Assembly: GCA_951406725.2 (NCBI GenBank) | Contig: OX597825.1 | Coordinates: 64,976,001 to 65,040,000 of the forward strand | Source: Octopus vulgaris | Taxonomy: Eukaryota | Length of the DNA: 64,000 nt | Direction of reading: 5' to 3' | Shown here: in pieces, positions 27,771 to 39,899 of the stretch | How the letters are laid out: every line of letters begins with the position of its first letter | Numbering within the stretch: the stretch's first letter is position 1 | Position numbers and translations under genes: made by a program | Notes under the pieces: generated by a model | Seen by the model: only the letters and a program-made list of their open reading frames with translations | Told to the model about the DNA's origin: nothing | The model's database searches: none

Positions 27771-29353
27771 CCGGGTGTACCAGCAAAATTCTCCAAATCT
27801 TGGATTCAGCTTCGAACCTTTGTATCTCAGGAATGCTTAAAGGTAGCTTAATGAAATTATCAGGTTTTTCCAACACTATTGTTTTCTGCTATTGGTTTTT
27901 TAGCAACAAAAGAATGTTGATTTCTCACCAGAAGAATGCTGATGAAGTTGATCATAGACGAAAATGACATTTTCGCAAGGAATTAACCTCAGAATAGGAT
28001 TGGGAAGTCATAGCGAATTGGAACAAAGTTCGAATGGAAGATAAAAATTTTATTTCAAAGTGCCAGAGACAATTCTGGTCAAACTTCTACCGATTAGGCA
28101 TCAAAAATTGCTCCTCTTTTGGCAACGACTTCTTCAAAACTCTTCCTGACTGCATCGCAAGGTTTCTTAATGAATTTATATCAATGCGTTCCTTCTTCGT
28201 CCTACGGATGGAGTTAAAGCTTGCAGTGTACTGTAGAGCTTCTCACAAGATTTTCTCACTAATTCATTCCAGATGCTGAAATCTAATGGGTACACATCGG
28301 GTGATGAGGTGAGTTTAGGCGGAGACAAGAGTACTTACCCCAAACTTGTTCCTAAACTCTTCCCTGAGATATTTTCGAGCCACTACACTTGTGTGACAAG
28401 GGCATCCATCTTGTTGACATGTAAACCTGAAGTCCTTATCGATCTTGTTGGGGTTTCCATCGTCTCTTCTCTCGGGATATTCAGAAATAATCCAGGGTTT
28501 TATATCTTTCAAAACCTGAACATAACAAATTCCTGTCAGTCTATCAGCCTTCTCAAGGCTGCTCGATGGTATCTTCTCGCCATCAGAGGCCACGCAGGCG
28601 AAAATCATCACTTTGGCAGGGTTTTTGCACCTGAAAATAACATTTTTGGCTCTGCCGTGAGAAGCGGAAGTCAAAACGCGGCGGTTGCGTCAGGTTGTGA
28701 GCGTATCATGTGTGAAATATTTCCCATCTGTGTAAAACATCACTCCAGGATTATGTCTCACTTTCTTTAAGATGATCTTCGCCCTATCCAGCCTACTAAC
28801 CTTTTGTCCCGGAGTAACAATGTGCCCCACAGGTCTCAGTACAATTTCATCTTCAAGTCTTCTTTCACCGCTCTTTCAATTGTCAAAGCTGAAGCTCCCC
28901 TCTTACGTGCCAAGTAACTTACGGATTAAGATGGATCTCTTCTTATCCCTTCAGCTTCAGATTGAAATGGTCCTTCTTGCGGATCCCGATTTCTTTTCTG
29001 CTGGTTCCTCTTTCTCAAATATATTCACAATTGTTTTGATAGTTCTTGAATGAACATCGAATATAGAAGCCCCAGAGAATGAATGTTAGTACCTTTAGCT
29101 AAGGCCTGGTTGAACTTCCATCTAAACATTCCTCAATTTGGAAAAACATGGTGAGGCCGGCACAAAATGATCTCAAAGTGTTCTCTTTCTAGTTAAATCT
29201 CTCAATGGGTATTTCACTGATTCTTACAAAACTTGTTGTCTGTATGATCAGAGGTCTTATCTGGAAAACATGGAAAATTGCAAATCGATTTGTTTATTGG
29301 TTTCAAGAAAGTTTAAGTCTTTGTGACCGTGACAATTTTGGTGGTACACAGGG
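27771..29353 (-). mobile_element. Tc1/mariner-superfamily DNA transposon (maT/DD37D-like), full-length but decayed
   Basis: TIRs TA|CCGGGTGTACCAGCAAAATTCTC and GACAATTTTGGTGGTACACAGGG (29331-29353); internal transposase remnants. Confidence 0.85.
28100..29150 (-). pseudogene. Frameshifted DDD transposase
   Basis: Motifs MFYTDGKYFT (~28745-28710), KNPAKVMIFACVASDGEK and QQDGCPCH (ORF 28315-28674), and out-of-frame SSPDVYPLDFSIWNEL (~28308-28260). Stops and frameshifts present; boundaries approximate. Confidence 0.8.
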
Positions 29354-29464
29354 TTTATATGCCGATATATCAAATGAAATGCAATGTAGATCTTTCATTT
29401 CTTAAAACACCACACACACGCGTATACGATGGTGTGCGTGTGTGTGTATGTGTGTGTTTATGTG

Positions 29465-29525
<61 letters not shown>

Positions 29526-30129
29526 CGTCCGCATCGTCGTCGGCTTTATCTCGTATCCGAGAATTTACTGTCTTCTTTACGAAACAATTTATTTATGGTG
29601 ATGGTGTTGATGACTAAGTGAATCCATTCTTGCATAGAGGAGTCGATAGCATTGAGTGGAGGACTGATTTTGTGGTGCCTTTCTCTTCAGTCGATTATTT
29701 TTTTCCTTCTTTCGTTCCGATGGTGATGGAACACCGCCAGTTAGTAAGGGCTCGTGGTTGCCAAACAATTTAAACTATTTAGACTCGAAACTAAATCTTA
29801 TTATGAGTATATATATATATGTAATGAAACAAAGACGCAATAGAGGACAATAAAACAGTGGCACAGATAGACGATACAAAGGCGGGCAGGAGAAACTACA
29901 ATTAGAAGGACAGGGAGAAAATTCTGGTCATTCGTGTCCTTCTTTCGTCAGTCAAGTATACCAAAAGTACTTACTATTTCAGACAGTTGCACCTGCGAGA
30001 GCCAGAAAAAGAAATGAGGGCGACTAAAAGTTAGAGTAAGTGTCGTACAAAATTTATATATATATACCTACTATAAGGTGAGCACAAGTACGTACGTACG
30101 CCGCTATATATATATATATATATATATAA

Positions 30130-30161
<32 letters not shown>

Positions 30162-30539
30162 TGACAGAGAGAGACAGACAGACAGACAGAGAGACAGATA
30201 AGCACAGAAGCATATAAAGAATTAGGAATATATATATAAATATAATATATATGCGTCATTGCACCACCATTTTGAAGCATCTAGAATATCATACTTCGTT
30301 TTTATTATTATTCTCACTGTAACTACGCTTCTGTTTGATGTAGTTTACGTCATTGTTGCCATCGTCGTCAAAGGTGTTGATGTGCTTCTCATTGTTGTTA
30401 TTTGTAGTTTGCTTTTGGTGTATTTAGCAATTAATGATATACTTCGTATTTGTCTTATTGTATGATTGACATCAATAAAATAATAACATACTTCACCAAT
30501 AAAGCATAATGTAGTAGCGTATATCTGTGTTAGCGACAT

Positions 30540-31610
<1,071 letters not shown>

Positions 31611-31825
31611 ATATTGCAACAGACAGAAACATAGATAAGCAGACGAAGGATGAAGAGTGGGGGAGAAAGAACTGGAAGAACTCGGCATTTGTGAAATAGA
31701 ACTTTTGTCTGGCAATATTTTCTATATCATTCTTAAGGTTTCATTTGTTTAAACACATGCAGTCTGAAATTCTTTGCTCTTTTCATAGATTAGTACTTGT
31801 TATATATAGTTTTGTAACACGCTAA

Positions 31826-31887
<62 letters not shown>

Positions 31888-31896
31888 ATATATATA

Positions 31897-32114
31897 TAAA
31901 GATAATCCAAACATGAAAATACAAAGAGAAAACACAACAATGCGAGGACGTGGAACAAGTATAGTGTTATTGGACGCTCGGGAAGGAAAAAAAGAAGGAG
32001 GTATCAACGTTTCGAGCGAAACTCATCGTCAGAAACATAGAAAAAAGAAAGATCCAAGGAAGGGAAGCCAGAGGAGAAAACTCGCCTACGATACACACGC
32101 GAGCACATATTGAA
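31897..32114 (-). mobile_element. Family F short element (pLTR-like) between (TA)n tracts
   Basis: Shares GACGCTCGGGAA and CGTTTCGAGC motifs with family G; carries a hammerhead motif. Confidence 0.65.
32001..32037 (-). ncRNA. Minimal type-I hammerhead motif, core intact, stem I decayed
   Basis: Minus strand GUUU-CUGACGA(32032-32026)-U-GAGU UUC GCUC-GAAA(32013-32010)-CG-UU|GAUAC; palindromic AACGUU stem III. Confidence 0.6.
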
Positions 32115-32156
32115 TATATATATATATGTATGTGTGTGTGTGTGTGTGTGTGTGTT

Positions 32157-32954
32157 GTCTCATCAATAAGAATCCGGACAGTTGCTATAGTATCGAAGCT
32201 GAAGCACGCAGGGAGACGCCGCTTTGGAAGGGAGAGACCTTAACTTTGTTGTGCATGCGCACTAATTTTTAACGTCCTAGAGAATCTGCAGAGAATCTGC
32301 AGAGAATCTGCATCAAAGTTTGGCAAAAGGTTGGTGATACCTGCCCAGAGGTCTGGGCAACGTTTTCCAAATGTTTTCAACGTTCGCGATACAACCGAGG
32401 CGATACTGTGCAACTGGATCCCGAGTTTTAGTACAAATATAGCAGACACGAGTCTCATACCCATATCTTTAGTGATAGTGGACTGAACTGAACCGTAACT
32501 AAATAGCACATCGTCTGATAATTCATGGATTGTGATTCGACGATTTCTCCACTCAGCTGCACGCATGTCTTCAATTTTTTTTCTCAGTTCTGCTGGTTGC
32601 AAGTCTCCCAGATCGTTCGTCATTATTGACATTTTTTCGGCCATCTTGGTAAAGTATGAATCCCTTGCACACTTCCGTGCGTCTCATACACTCCTCTCCA
32701 TACGCTTTCTGCAAATTTGCATAGGCCTCTGAACAGGTATCACCATGACAATTTTCTCTGTCATGGTCAATGTGACGATCACACGCTACATATGTTCCTT
32801 CCAAGCACTACTGTAAGCACTGCGAGACAGAACACAAAATCTTAGTGCGCATGCACAGCAGAATCCACTATCAATCTGCGCTAAGCGGCTCCACTCTGTG
32901 TGCTTTCGCTTCGTTACAATGGTAACAGTCCGGATACCTATAGATCAGACCTCG
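32157..32954 (-). mobile_element. Mariner-type internally deleted and rearranged element (~800 bp)
   Basis: Right end ...TCCGGATACCTATAGATCAGACCTCG|TA is the inverted counterpart of left GTCTCATCAATAAGAATCCGGA; inverted similarity extends over >100 bp. Minus-strand ORF remnants GDTCSEAYANLQKAYGEECM, DERSGRLATS and RRITIHELSDDVLFSYGSVQSTITKDMGMRLVSAIFVLKL match the mariner N-terminal HTH region; no DDD domain. Confidence 0.85.
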
Positions 32955-32969
32955 TATTATATATATATA

Positions 32970-33339
32970 TGACAAATATACTTCACATTGTAGTGCAGCT
33001 ACTGTTTATACCTCGTTCACAGATTTATTATTGCTTTTAACACTTTTTCGAGATCAGTGGCTTTTCGTCATTGGAAAAAGGATAAATGCCTTTGCATTGG
33101 GACTCCTTTGCATCGAAGACCGGTGATTTTCGTGCGCTGACAACGGGTAAATACCCAGAAATCCGGGTCCGTCCGTGTCACGTCAGGTCGACGATGGGAA
33201 GGATGGCTTCCCTTTGCAAATACTGATACGGCAGGGAAAGTGTGTCAATAGCCAACTGGAGATGTTCTCCTGGGTCTACAAGCTACAGTAGCATCCACCC
33301 TTAGTGGTTAGCCACATTTAAATGGCAAATATACTTCAC

Positions 33340-33342
<3 letters not shown>
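32970..33342 (+). mobile_element. 353-nt hammerhead-bearing monomer with 20-nt terminal redundancy (retrozyme / Penelope pLTR-like)
   Basis: TG(A/G)CAAATATACTTCACATT at 32970-32989 and 33323-33342 (period 353). Embedded in (TA)n; relatives at 7095-7255 and 42761-43060. Confidence 0.75.
33131..33175 (+). ncRNA. Degenerate minimal type-I hammerhead ribozyme
   Basis: CGTGCG-CTGACAA(33137-33143; G8>A)-C-GGGTA AA TACCC-A-GAAA(33158-33161)-TCCGGG-TC|CGTCCG; GUC cleavage triplet. Confidence 0.6.
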
Positions 33343-33384
<42 letters not shown>

Positions 33385-33853
33385 GTGATTATATATATGT
33401 AGCTAGATAAATACACACACACACACACACACACAGAGAGAGAAAGGGAGATGGAGGGCGAGGGTGGTAGAGAGAAAAGGAGTTTTGTCTGCCAATGTGA
33501 ACTCTTTGGTAGAGTTGTAGGGGCGCTGTCGTTACACACTACCTCTGTGTGTGTGTAAATAAATACATACATACACAAACGTAAGCCCTCGCCTGCTTAA
33601 TGACACTATATTACGTGCAGCATTTTGTACAACATTTTACTAGGTGCATGACTGGAAGTACTAGTGAGGTTATAATATACCAAGATCTGTCCATAGTTGC
33701 CTCCCATACATCCCTGAAACTAAATACATTCTAAAACTACAGATAAATGTTGCTGGTACTATTATTATTCTTAGCGCTGTACGTATTGCCGCATTAACTT
33801 ATTTAACCTACTTATCAACTTATCAACATGTGAACTATATCTTTGAGCAATAT

Positions 33854-33944
<91 letters not shown>

Positions 33945-33947
33945 CTT

Positions 33948-34006
<59 letters not shown>

Positions 34007-34933
34007 GAGAGAGCGAGAGAGGGGGATATGAGAATGATAGCGCGAAAATAATTGTCGAAGAGCGAGCGAATGCGCATGCGTGAATGAAACTGGGTATCAG
34101 TAAGATATTGTTTCACGTGCACGAGCTCACACATACATCCATTAATTTACAGTAAAATTCAATTGCTGGCCTCCAAATTAATTTACAGTTAATATTTATC
34201 TAATTACCTCAAATATCTCATGCAGATTTTGTCATTAATTCCGTATTTGTTATAACAACAACAAAAAATAAAACGGAAAAAATACTGAAAATGTTAATAT
34301 ATTCGTTTTTGTAAACAAATCCTCGGAATCTCGTTTATAAATTTTGTTTTTCTCATAAGCTTGTTTAATAAGATATATCTATTTTGCCTGCATTTATTTA
34401 TTTATTTATATATTTATTTTTCTTCTCATTTATTTATTCTTAATCATTTATTGTTTTATCAAAGCTGTAATAATCTGTTGGCGTAGACTAAGCAAATCTC
34501 GTTGTCTCCATTATCATTTCTGGTGGCATAGTTTCAAATACCATGGAATTATCGAAATCATTGGAAGAATGAGCGATAGTAGACATCTGCTCTTAGGTTG
34601 ATACTCTTATCTGGCTTCCTACAAGACGGTGAACGCTTTCCTTGTTTCTTCTTTTTTATTTTTGCTTTTAGGACTCTATTCTTGTTGCTGCTTTCACAGG
34701 TGCAGTAGTATTATACACACACACAAATACATATATATATATATAGGCATGAGTAACTGACTGCGTGCGCGAGTGTCTGTGTGTATGTGTGTGTGTGGAG
34801 AGGAAAAAGTAGAGCAGACGAACTGATATAGATTTAAATATGATTAAGATCCATTTTGGATTAAAGAAAATATATTAACCCATTCTACATTATTGCTATG
34901 CCATCACACATGCATATTACACACACACACATG

Positions 34934-35151
34934 CACCCCGTGACCCTTCTCTCTGGCATTCGTCATGATAGATCGGTAGCCACTACACACATTTTTTTCT
35001 CTCCCTGTTTCTTTCTGTGTTCCTTTCTGTGGAAGTGCGTAGGCTCGAAACGTCAAAGACTTTTTTCAATTCCCGAGCGTTATACTAATACATCAGTTTG
35101 TTTTCTACGCCACCTGTCTTCGTCTTTTGTTGTTTTTTTCGTGAATTCTCC

Positions 35152-35153
<2 letters not shown>
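34934..35153 (+). mobile_element. Family G short element
   Basis: Homologous to 21991-22170 (reverse) and 62242-62362; ends at (TA)n. 5' boundary approximate. Confidence 0.7.
35023..35058 (+). ncRNA. Minimal hammerhead-like motif with A6>U core variant
   Basis: CTTT-CTGTGGA-A-GTGC GTAG GCTC-GAAA-CG-TC|AAAG; stem I CTTT/AAAG, palindromic ACGT stem III, GUC triplet. Confidence 0.55.
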
Positions 35154-35205
<52 letters not shown>

Positions 35206-35369
35206 TCCCCCATGAACATAGATTTTATCTTTGAACAAACTATACTGCAGTAGCTACCACATGACAAACTCTCATATTGACGCTTTTGATGCAAAAGGCA
35301 CTCCAATTCATATCGCTATCGGCGAGATATATCCCCGCTTCGCCAGCGCTTAGCCCACGATATCAGCAA

Positions 35370-35419
35370 ACCACAAAATTTGGTCTTGTCAATGATGGGC
35401 ATTCGACCTCATCAGTGGT
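35370..35419 (-). ncRNA. Decayed hammerhead-like motif
   Basis: Minus strand ACCA-CUGAUGA-GGUC...GACC-AAAUUUUG-UGGU. Stems I and II are perfect 4-bp helices; the 8-nt GAAANNUH segment is mutated. Confidence 0.35.
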
Positions 35420-36139
35420 ATTTGAGAGCTACTTCACTTAAATATTACGTTATGTTGTTGTTGTCGTTGTTGTTGTTAAGCCGTCGAAAATAAATGCTTT
35501 GGCGTATTCCTTCTGGATCTTTACGCTTGAGTTCAAACTTCTTAGTGGTCGTCGTTGCTTTTCGTCTTTTTGGGTCGATAACATATCGTATCAAGTCAAG
35601 TGCTAAGGTAGATGATATCAACAAACTCTCATCCATTTGTAGTAGTAGTAGTAGTAGTGGTGGTAGTGGTGGTGGTGGTGGTGGTAGTTTCAGTAGTAAG
35701 TACCACCACGCCTATGTTACCACCACACCTACGTTACCAAAATGTCAACCTGTGTATTATTTGCTGTTACATTTCGAGTAGACAAATCTTGCTAATTTCG
35801 TTCCTAGCTGCATCTAATTGCATTTAGGCATTTCGTTTCTGAAAAAAAATATCTTTTGTCTGATAAACTATAATAAAGAAATATAGACCTCACCACTAAG
35901 GGAGCTTCTCCAATAACAACGCATGTTTAAATGAAAACATTTGCGGGAGCTTAGAACGATAGAATTATGAACACAATCGACGCGAGTGATTGGTAGAGAG
36001 TACTGAATAAGATTAAAAGAACTTGGGGAAAATATGATATATTTTGAATATTCAAAGTAATTATAATCATAAGGAAACGATAAAACATAAGTATATTAAT
36101 TAAAGTTTATTAGAGTAAGCATATGTTAAATCTGCATTA

Positions 36140-36400
36140 ATGAACATATGGCAATCTGTCGGCTACGACAACGAGGGTTGTAGTTGATCCAATCAGCAGA
36201 ACAGCCTGCTCGTGAAATTCACGTGCAAATGACTAAGCACTCGACAGACACATGTACTCTTAACGTAGTTCTCAGGGAGTTTCAGCATGACACAGTGTGT
36301 GACAAGGCTGCTCCTTTGAAATATAGGCACAACTCATTTCTTTGCCAGCTGAGTCAAACTGAAGTAAGGTAAAATAAATGTTTCTTGCCCAAAGACACGA
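36140..36400 (-). mobile_element. SINE fragment (CORE-like, related to family D)
   Basis: AACTCATTTCTTTGCCAGCTGAGT...AAAATAAATGTTTCTTGCCCAA is the reverse complement of the core seen at 39650-39700 and 55253-55310. Confidence 0.6.
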
Positions 36401-36456
36401 CATTAGTGAATATTATAATAATATATTACTAAATCAAGACTAGTTCTAAACTAATT

Positions 36457-36731
36457 GAATAAGTACCAGTTACGCACTGGGGTTGATATAATCGACTTAA
36501 TCCGTTTGTCTGTCCTTGTTTGTCCCCTCTGTGTTTAGCCCCTTGTGGGTAGTAAAGGAATAGGTATTTCGTCTGTCTTTACGTTCTGAGTTCAAATTCG
36601 CCGAGTTCGACTTTGCCTTTCATGATTTCGGGAGCAATAAATTAAGTAGCAGCTGCGTACTGAGGTCGATATAATCGACTGGCCCCCCCTCCCGAAAACT
36701 TTCGGGCCTTGTGCCTAGAGACGAAAAGAAT
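36457..36731 (+). mobile_element. SINE family A heterodimer, 5'-truncated
   Basis: Starts within the core (TAAGTACCAGTTACGCACTGG); type-1 tail, then a second unit with type-2 tail. Confidence 0.85.
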
Positions 36732-36936
36732 ACATTTCCGATGTTTTATACACTGACACATACTCGTACATATAGTTATACATCCTGTCTATCTCCTCCC
36801 TTGATTGTTTGGTCACTTGGGCATTTGTTTGAGCATTTGTTGATGATGTTGCATCATAGTTAACCACCTTCTTTCGGTCTTCTTTTGTGAGACGGTGAAA
36901 TCGATGCCTGTCCACACTTTCATACTTCAAGCCCAT

Positions 36937-37226
36937 CATGGCTTAGTGGTGAGGGTGTTACACTCACGATGTAGCAATCATAATTTCAATTCCTAGACGG
37001 GGTGCTGCATTGTGTTCTTCAGCAAAAGACTTCATCCCACGTTGTTCTATGATCACTTCGACACTGACGTGCGGCACACTATGCACCTGTTCAGACAACG
37101 GCGATCGACAGAGAGAGTGATCTAATGTACGGCACGAACATTTGATCCCTATAAAACAAATCATTTGTGCAAGTCCTACAGCAAAATCTGAACGCTCATA
37201 CGACGTCTTCGACGGGAGAGGCCATC
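36937..37226 (+). mobile_element. tRNA-derived SINE, family D-related
   Basis: A box TGGCTTAGTGG, B-box-like TTTCAATTCC, followed by TTGTGTTCTTCAGCAAAAGACTT core. Confidence 0.7.
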
Positions 37227-37244
37227 ATATATAAATATATATAT

Positions 37245-37586
37245 TGTTATATTTGAGGTTGGTCATATTTTGGCCAATTAAACACACACACACCCCTGCT
37301 ATGTTATCATTACTATGTTAGGGCCTTTAGCCTAAGCTCTTTTGTCACACATCCTGTGACTTCTTCAATGACATTTTATCTCATGTATCTCCTCTTGTTC
37401 TACATATCTCCTCTCGGGCTGAACAGAACAAGAGGAGGCACGTAGGATAAAAAGGGGTTACAGGATGTGTGAGGAAAGAGCTTGGGCATAGGACTCTAAA
37501 ATAATGATAATAATAGCAAAGCCGTGGTGAAAACCAATATATTGGGTATTTAGTTGGCAAAACTGTGACCATCCCCAAATATAACA
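37245..37586. mobile_element. Fold-back non-autonomous DNA element (342 bp, TGT...ACA ends)
   Basis: TGTTATATTTGAGGTTGGTCATATTTTGGCCAATTAAA is inverted at 37549-37586. Inverted similarity continues inward to a ~23-nt central loop. Flanks ATAT and GTAT. Confidence 0.8.
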
Positions 37587-37634
37587 GTATCTATTTCGAC
37601 TCACGTCTTCGCAAAACAAATACATAAATGTATG

Positions 37635-37725
<91 letters not shown>

Positions 37726-38137
37726 TAAGTAGTTTTACATATGATCACTAATTCATTCTGAATTTATGAAGACAAAATTGTGTAACAAATATACAACTTA
37801 ATATATAGCACACGAATTGCAGATTCGGAAAACTGTTACTATATGTTGTTCCAATTTCATAACACTTTGCTATTATTAATAAATACTCCCACAGAATTTA
37901 CCCCGAAACCGTTTTCCCTTAAATAATGAAGCGAAAATTCTCTCCTCTCTCTTTCTCTCTTTTCTTTTTTCTTTTCTTTTTTTTTTTCTTGCTTATAACT
38001 CTCACGCTCTGCTCTCTTGGGCGACATACTCCTCTCACAAGTTGATTCTATATTTTTCAATAATTACTCCACCTTCCACAGAAACTTACCGTACTTTTTT
38101 TACCTCCAACTACACCACATACCGCTACTACAACCAG

Positions 38138-38190
<53 letters not shown>

Positions 38191-38522
38191 ATAATAATAA
38201 TAATAATAATAATGATAACAATAACAATTCCAATCCTACTGACTGCGCTGCTATGACATCTGCTTCTTCATCTTTGTCTTCTTTCGTTCTCTAATCAGTT
38301 TTACTATGACAAAACTAGGTTAATTCTATTTTGACATAATGTTCAGAACAGATGGCCTGAAAATCACTGATAATTGGTTTAGAGCCAAATTTTCTCCTGG
38401 TTTACAGTTTAACTATCTGTCTACTGCATGTCTGTCTTTCTGTTTGTCATTCTCTCACTCTTTCTCTCTCATTTTCTCTCTTTCACACACACTACACATA
38501 TACACATGCATGCGTATACTAG

Positions 38523-38770
<248 letters not shown>

Positions 38771-39009
38771 CCTCATTATGTGTAGAGCTTATGTGTGTTT
38801 GCTGTGGTTGCAAGCTTCGTTCAGCTGTTAAAAAATTTACTTCGTAATTATGAGCTCCCAGTTTTTATGCCAACGAGTTGCATCTTTTACCATTTTTTTT
38901 TTGCCTCCCGATAATTCCATGCCAACCTACATCTTGCTGTTATAATTAAGTTGTCCAGCAGCTCGTCGAATGAATTGCACTTCTAATTCAAAAGTTCACC
39001 CTCGTCAAA

Positions 39010-39450
39010 TATTGTTCTCTACTCGAGGCACAAAGCCCTAAATTTCAGGGGAGGTGAACAGACAAGTAGATCGACCCCAGTATGCATCTGGTTCTTAATT
39101 TATCAACCCCGAAAGGATGAAAGGCAAAGTCGACCACGGCGGAATTTGAACTCAGAACGTAACGGCAGACAAAATACATATTTCTTTACTACCTACAAGG
39201 GGCTAAACACAGAGGACAAACAAGGACAGACAAACGGATTAAGTGCATATCTGGTACTTATTTAATCGGATTAAGTGCATATCTGGTACTTATTTAATCG
39301 GATTAAGTGCATATCTGGTACTTAATTAATCGACCCTGAAATGATGACAGGCAAAGTCGACCTCGGCGGAATTTGAACTCAGAACGTAATGGCAGACGAA
39401 ATACGGCTACGCATTTCGCCCGGCGTGCTAACGTTTCTGCCAAGTTCGCG
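39010..39450 (-). mobile_element. SINE family A heterodimer with internal 3 x 32-bp tandem repeat
   Basis: Reverse-complement family A motifs; CGGATTAAGTGCATATCTGGTACTTA(T/A)TTAAT at 39235, 39267 and 39299. Confidence 0.85.
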
Positions 39451-39561
39451 ACTCTACCCTCCTCAGATATTATGTCAAGCTGAGTTTAGTTCAGGATAAA
39501 TTTGAATTTTACAATCTTGATGAAATTCTCACGCTCAGTTTAGTGAGTGTTCAGTTCAATT

Positions 39562-39899
39562 GAAGGCGCAATACTCAGTGGTTAAAATGTCGGGCTCACA
39601 ATCACGAAGTAGTGAGTTCGATATTCCCAAACAGAACTGTGTGTTCTGTTCTTGAGCAAGACACTTTATTACACGTTCCTTCAGTTCACTCATCTGTATT
39701 AATGCGTTGCGACGTCACTGATGACATGTGTGTCGGTCTTTGCTTTTCCATTGGACAACATCGGTGGCGTTGAGAGAGAAGGATGTTATACATAGGTGAC
39801 TGTTGATATTCTATAATCAACAGTGCTCAGAATTCTACCTAAGACGGTAACTTTGTAAGTACATGCCCATGGTCATTCGTGACTGAAGTGGGTCTTTAC
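39562..39899 (+). mobile_element. tRNA-derived CORE-like SINE family D
   Basis: A box TACTCAGTGG, B box GAGTTCGAT, CORE-like CTTGAGCAAGACACTTTATT...CACTCATCTGTA; homologous to 55175-55505. Confidence 0.8.

Noticed and set aside
27934-27980. CTGATGA-A-GTT...GAC-GAAA-ATGACAT-TT hammerhead-like string
   Set aside because: Stem I cannot form (GAATG versus TCGCA) and it lies within the Tc1/mariner element; likely chance.
28273-29053. Plus-strand ORFs of 165 and 93 aa (also 49078-49644)
   Set aside because: Antisense shadows of transposase or LINE coding sequence on the minus strand.
29915-29956. CTGACGA on the minus strand of a (TA)n-flanked island (29820-30055)
   Set aside because: No convincing stem II, GAAA or stem I; possibly a very old relic but unsupported.
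39235-39330. 32-bp repeats resembling a CRISPR array
   Set aside because: Head-to-tail without spacers, inside a eukaryotic SINE, and no cas genes.
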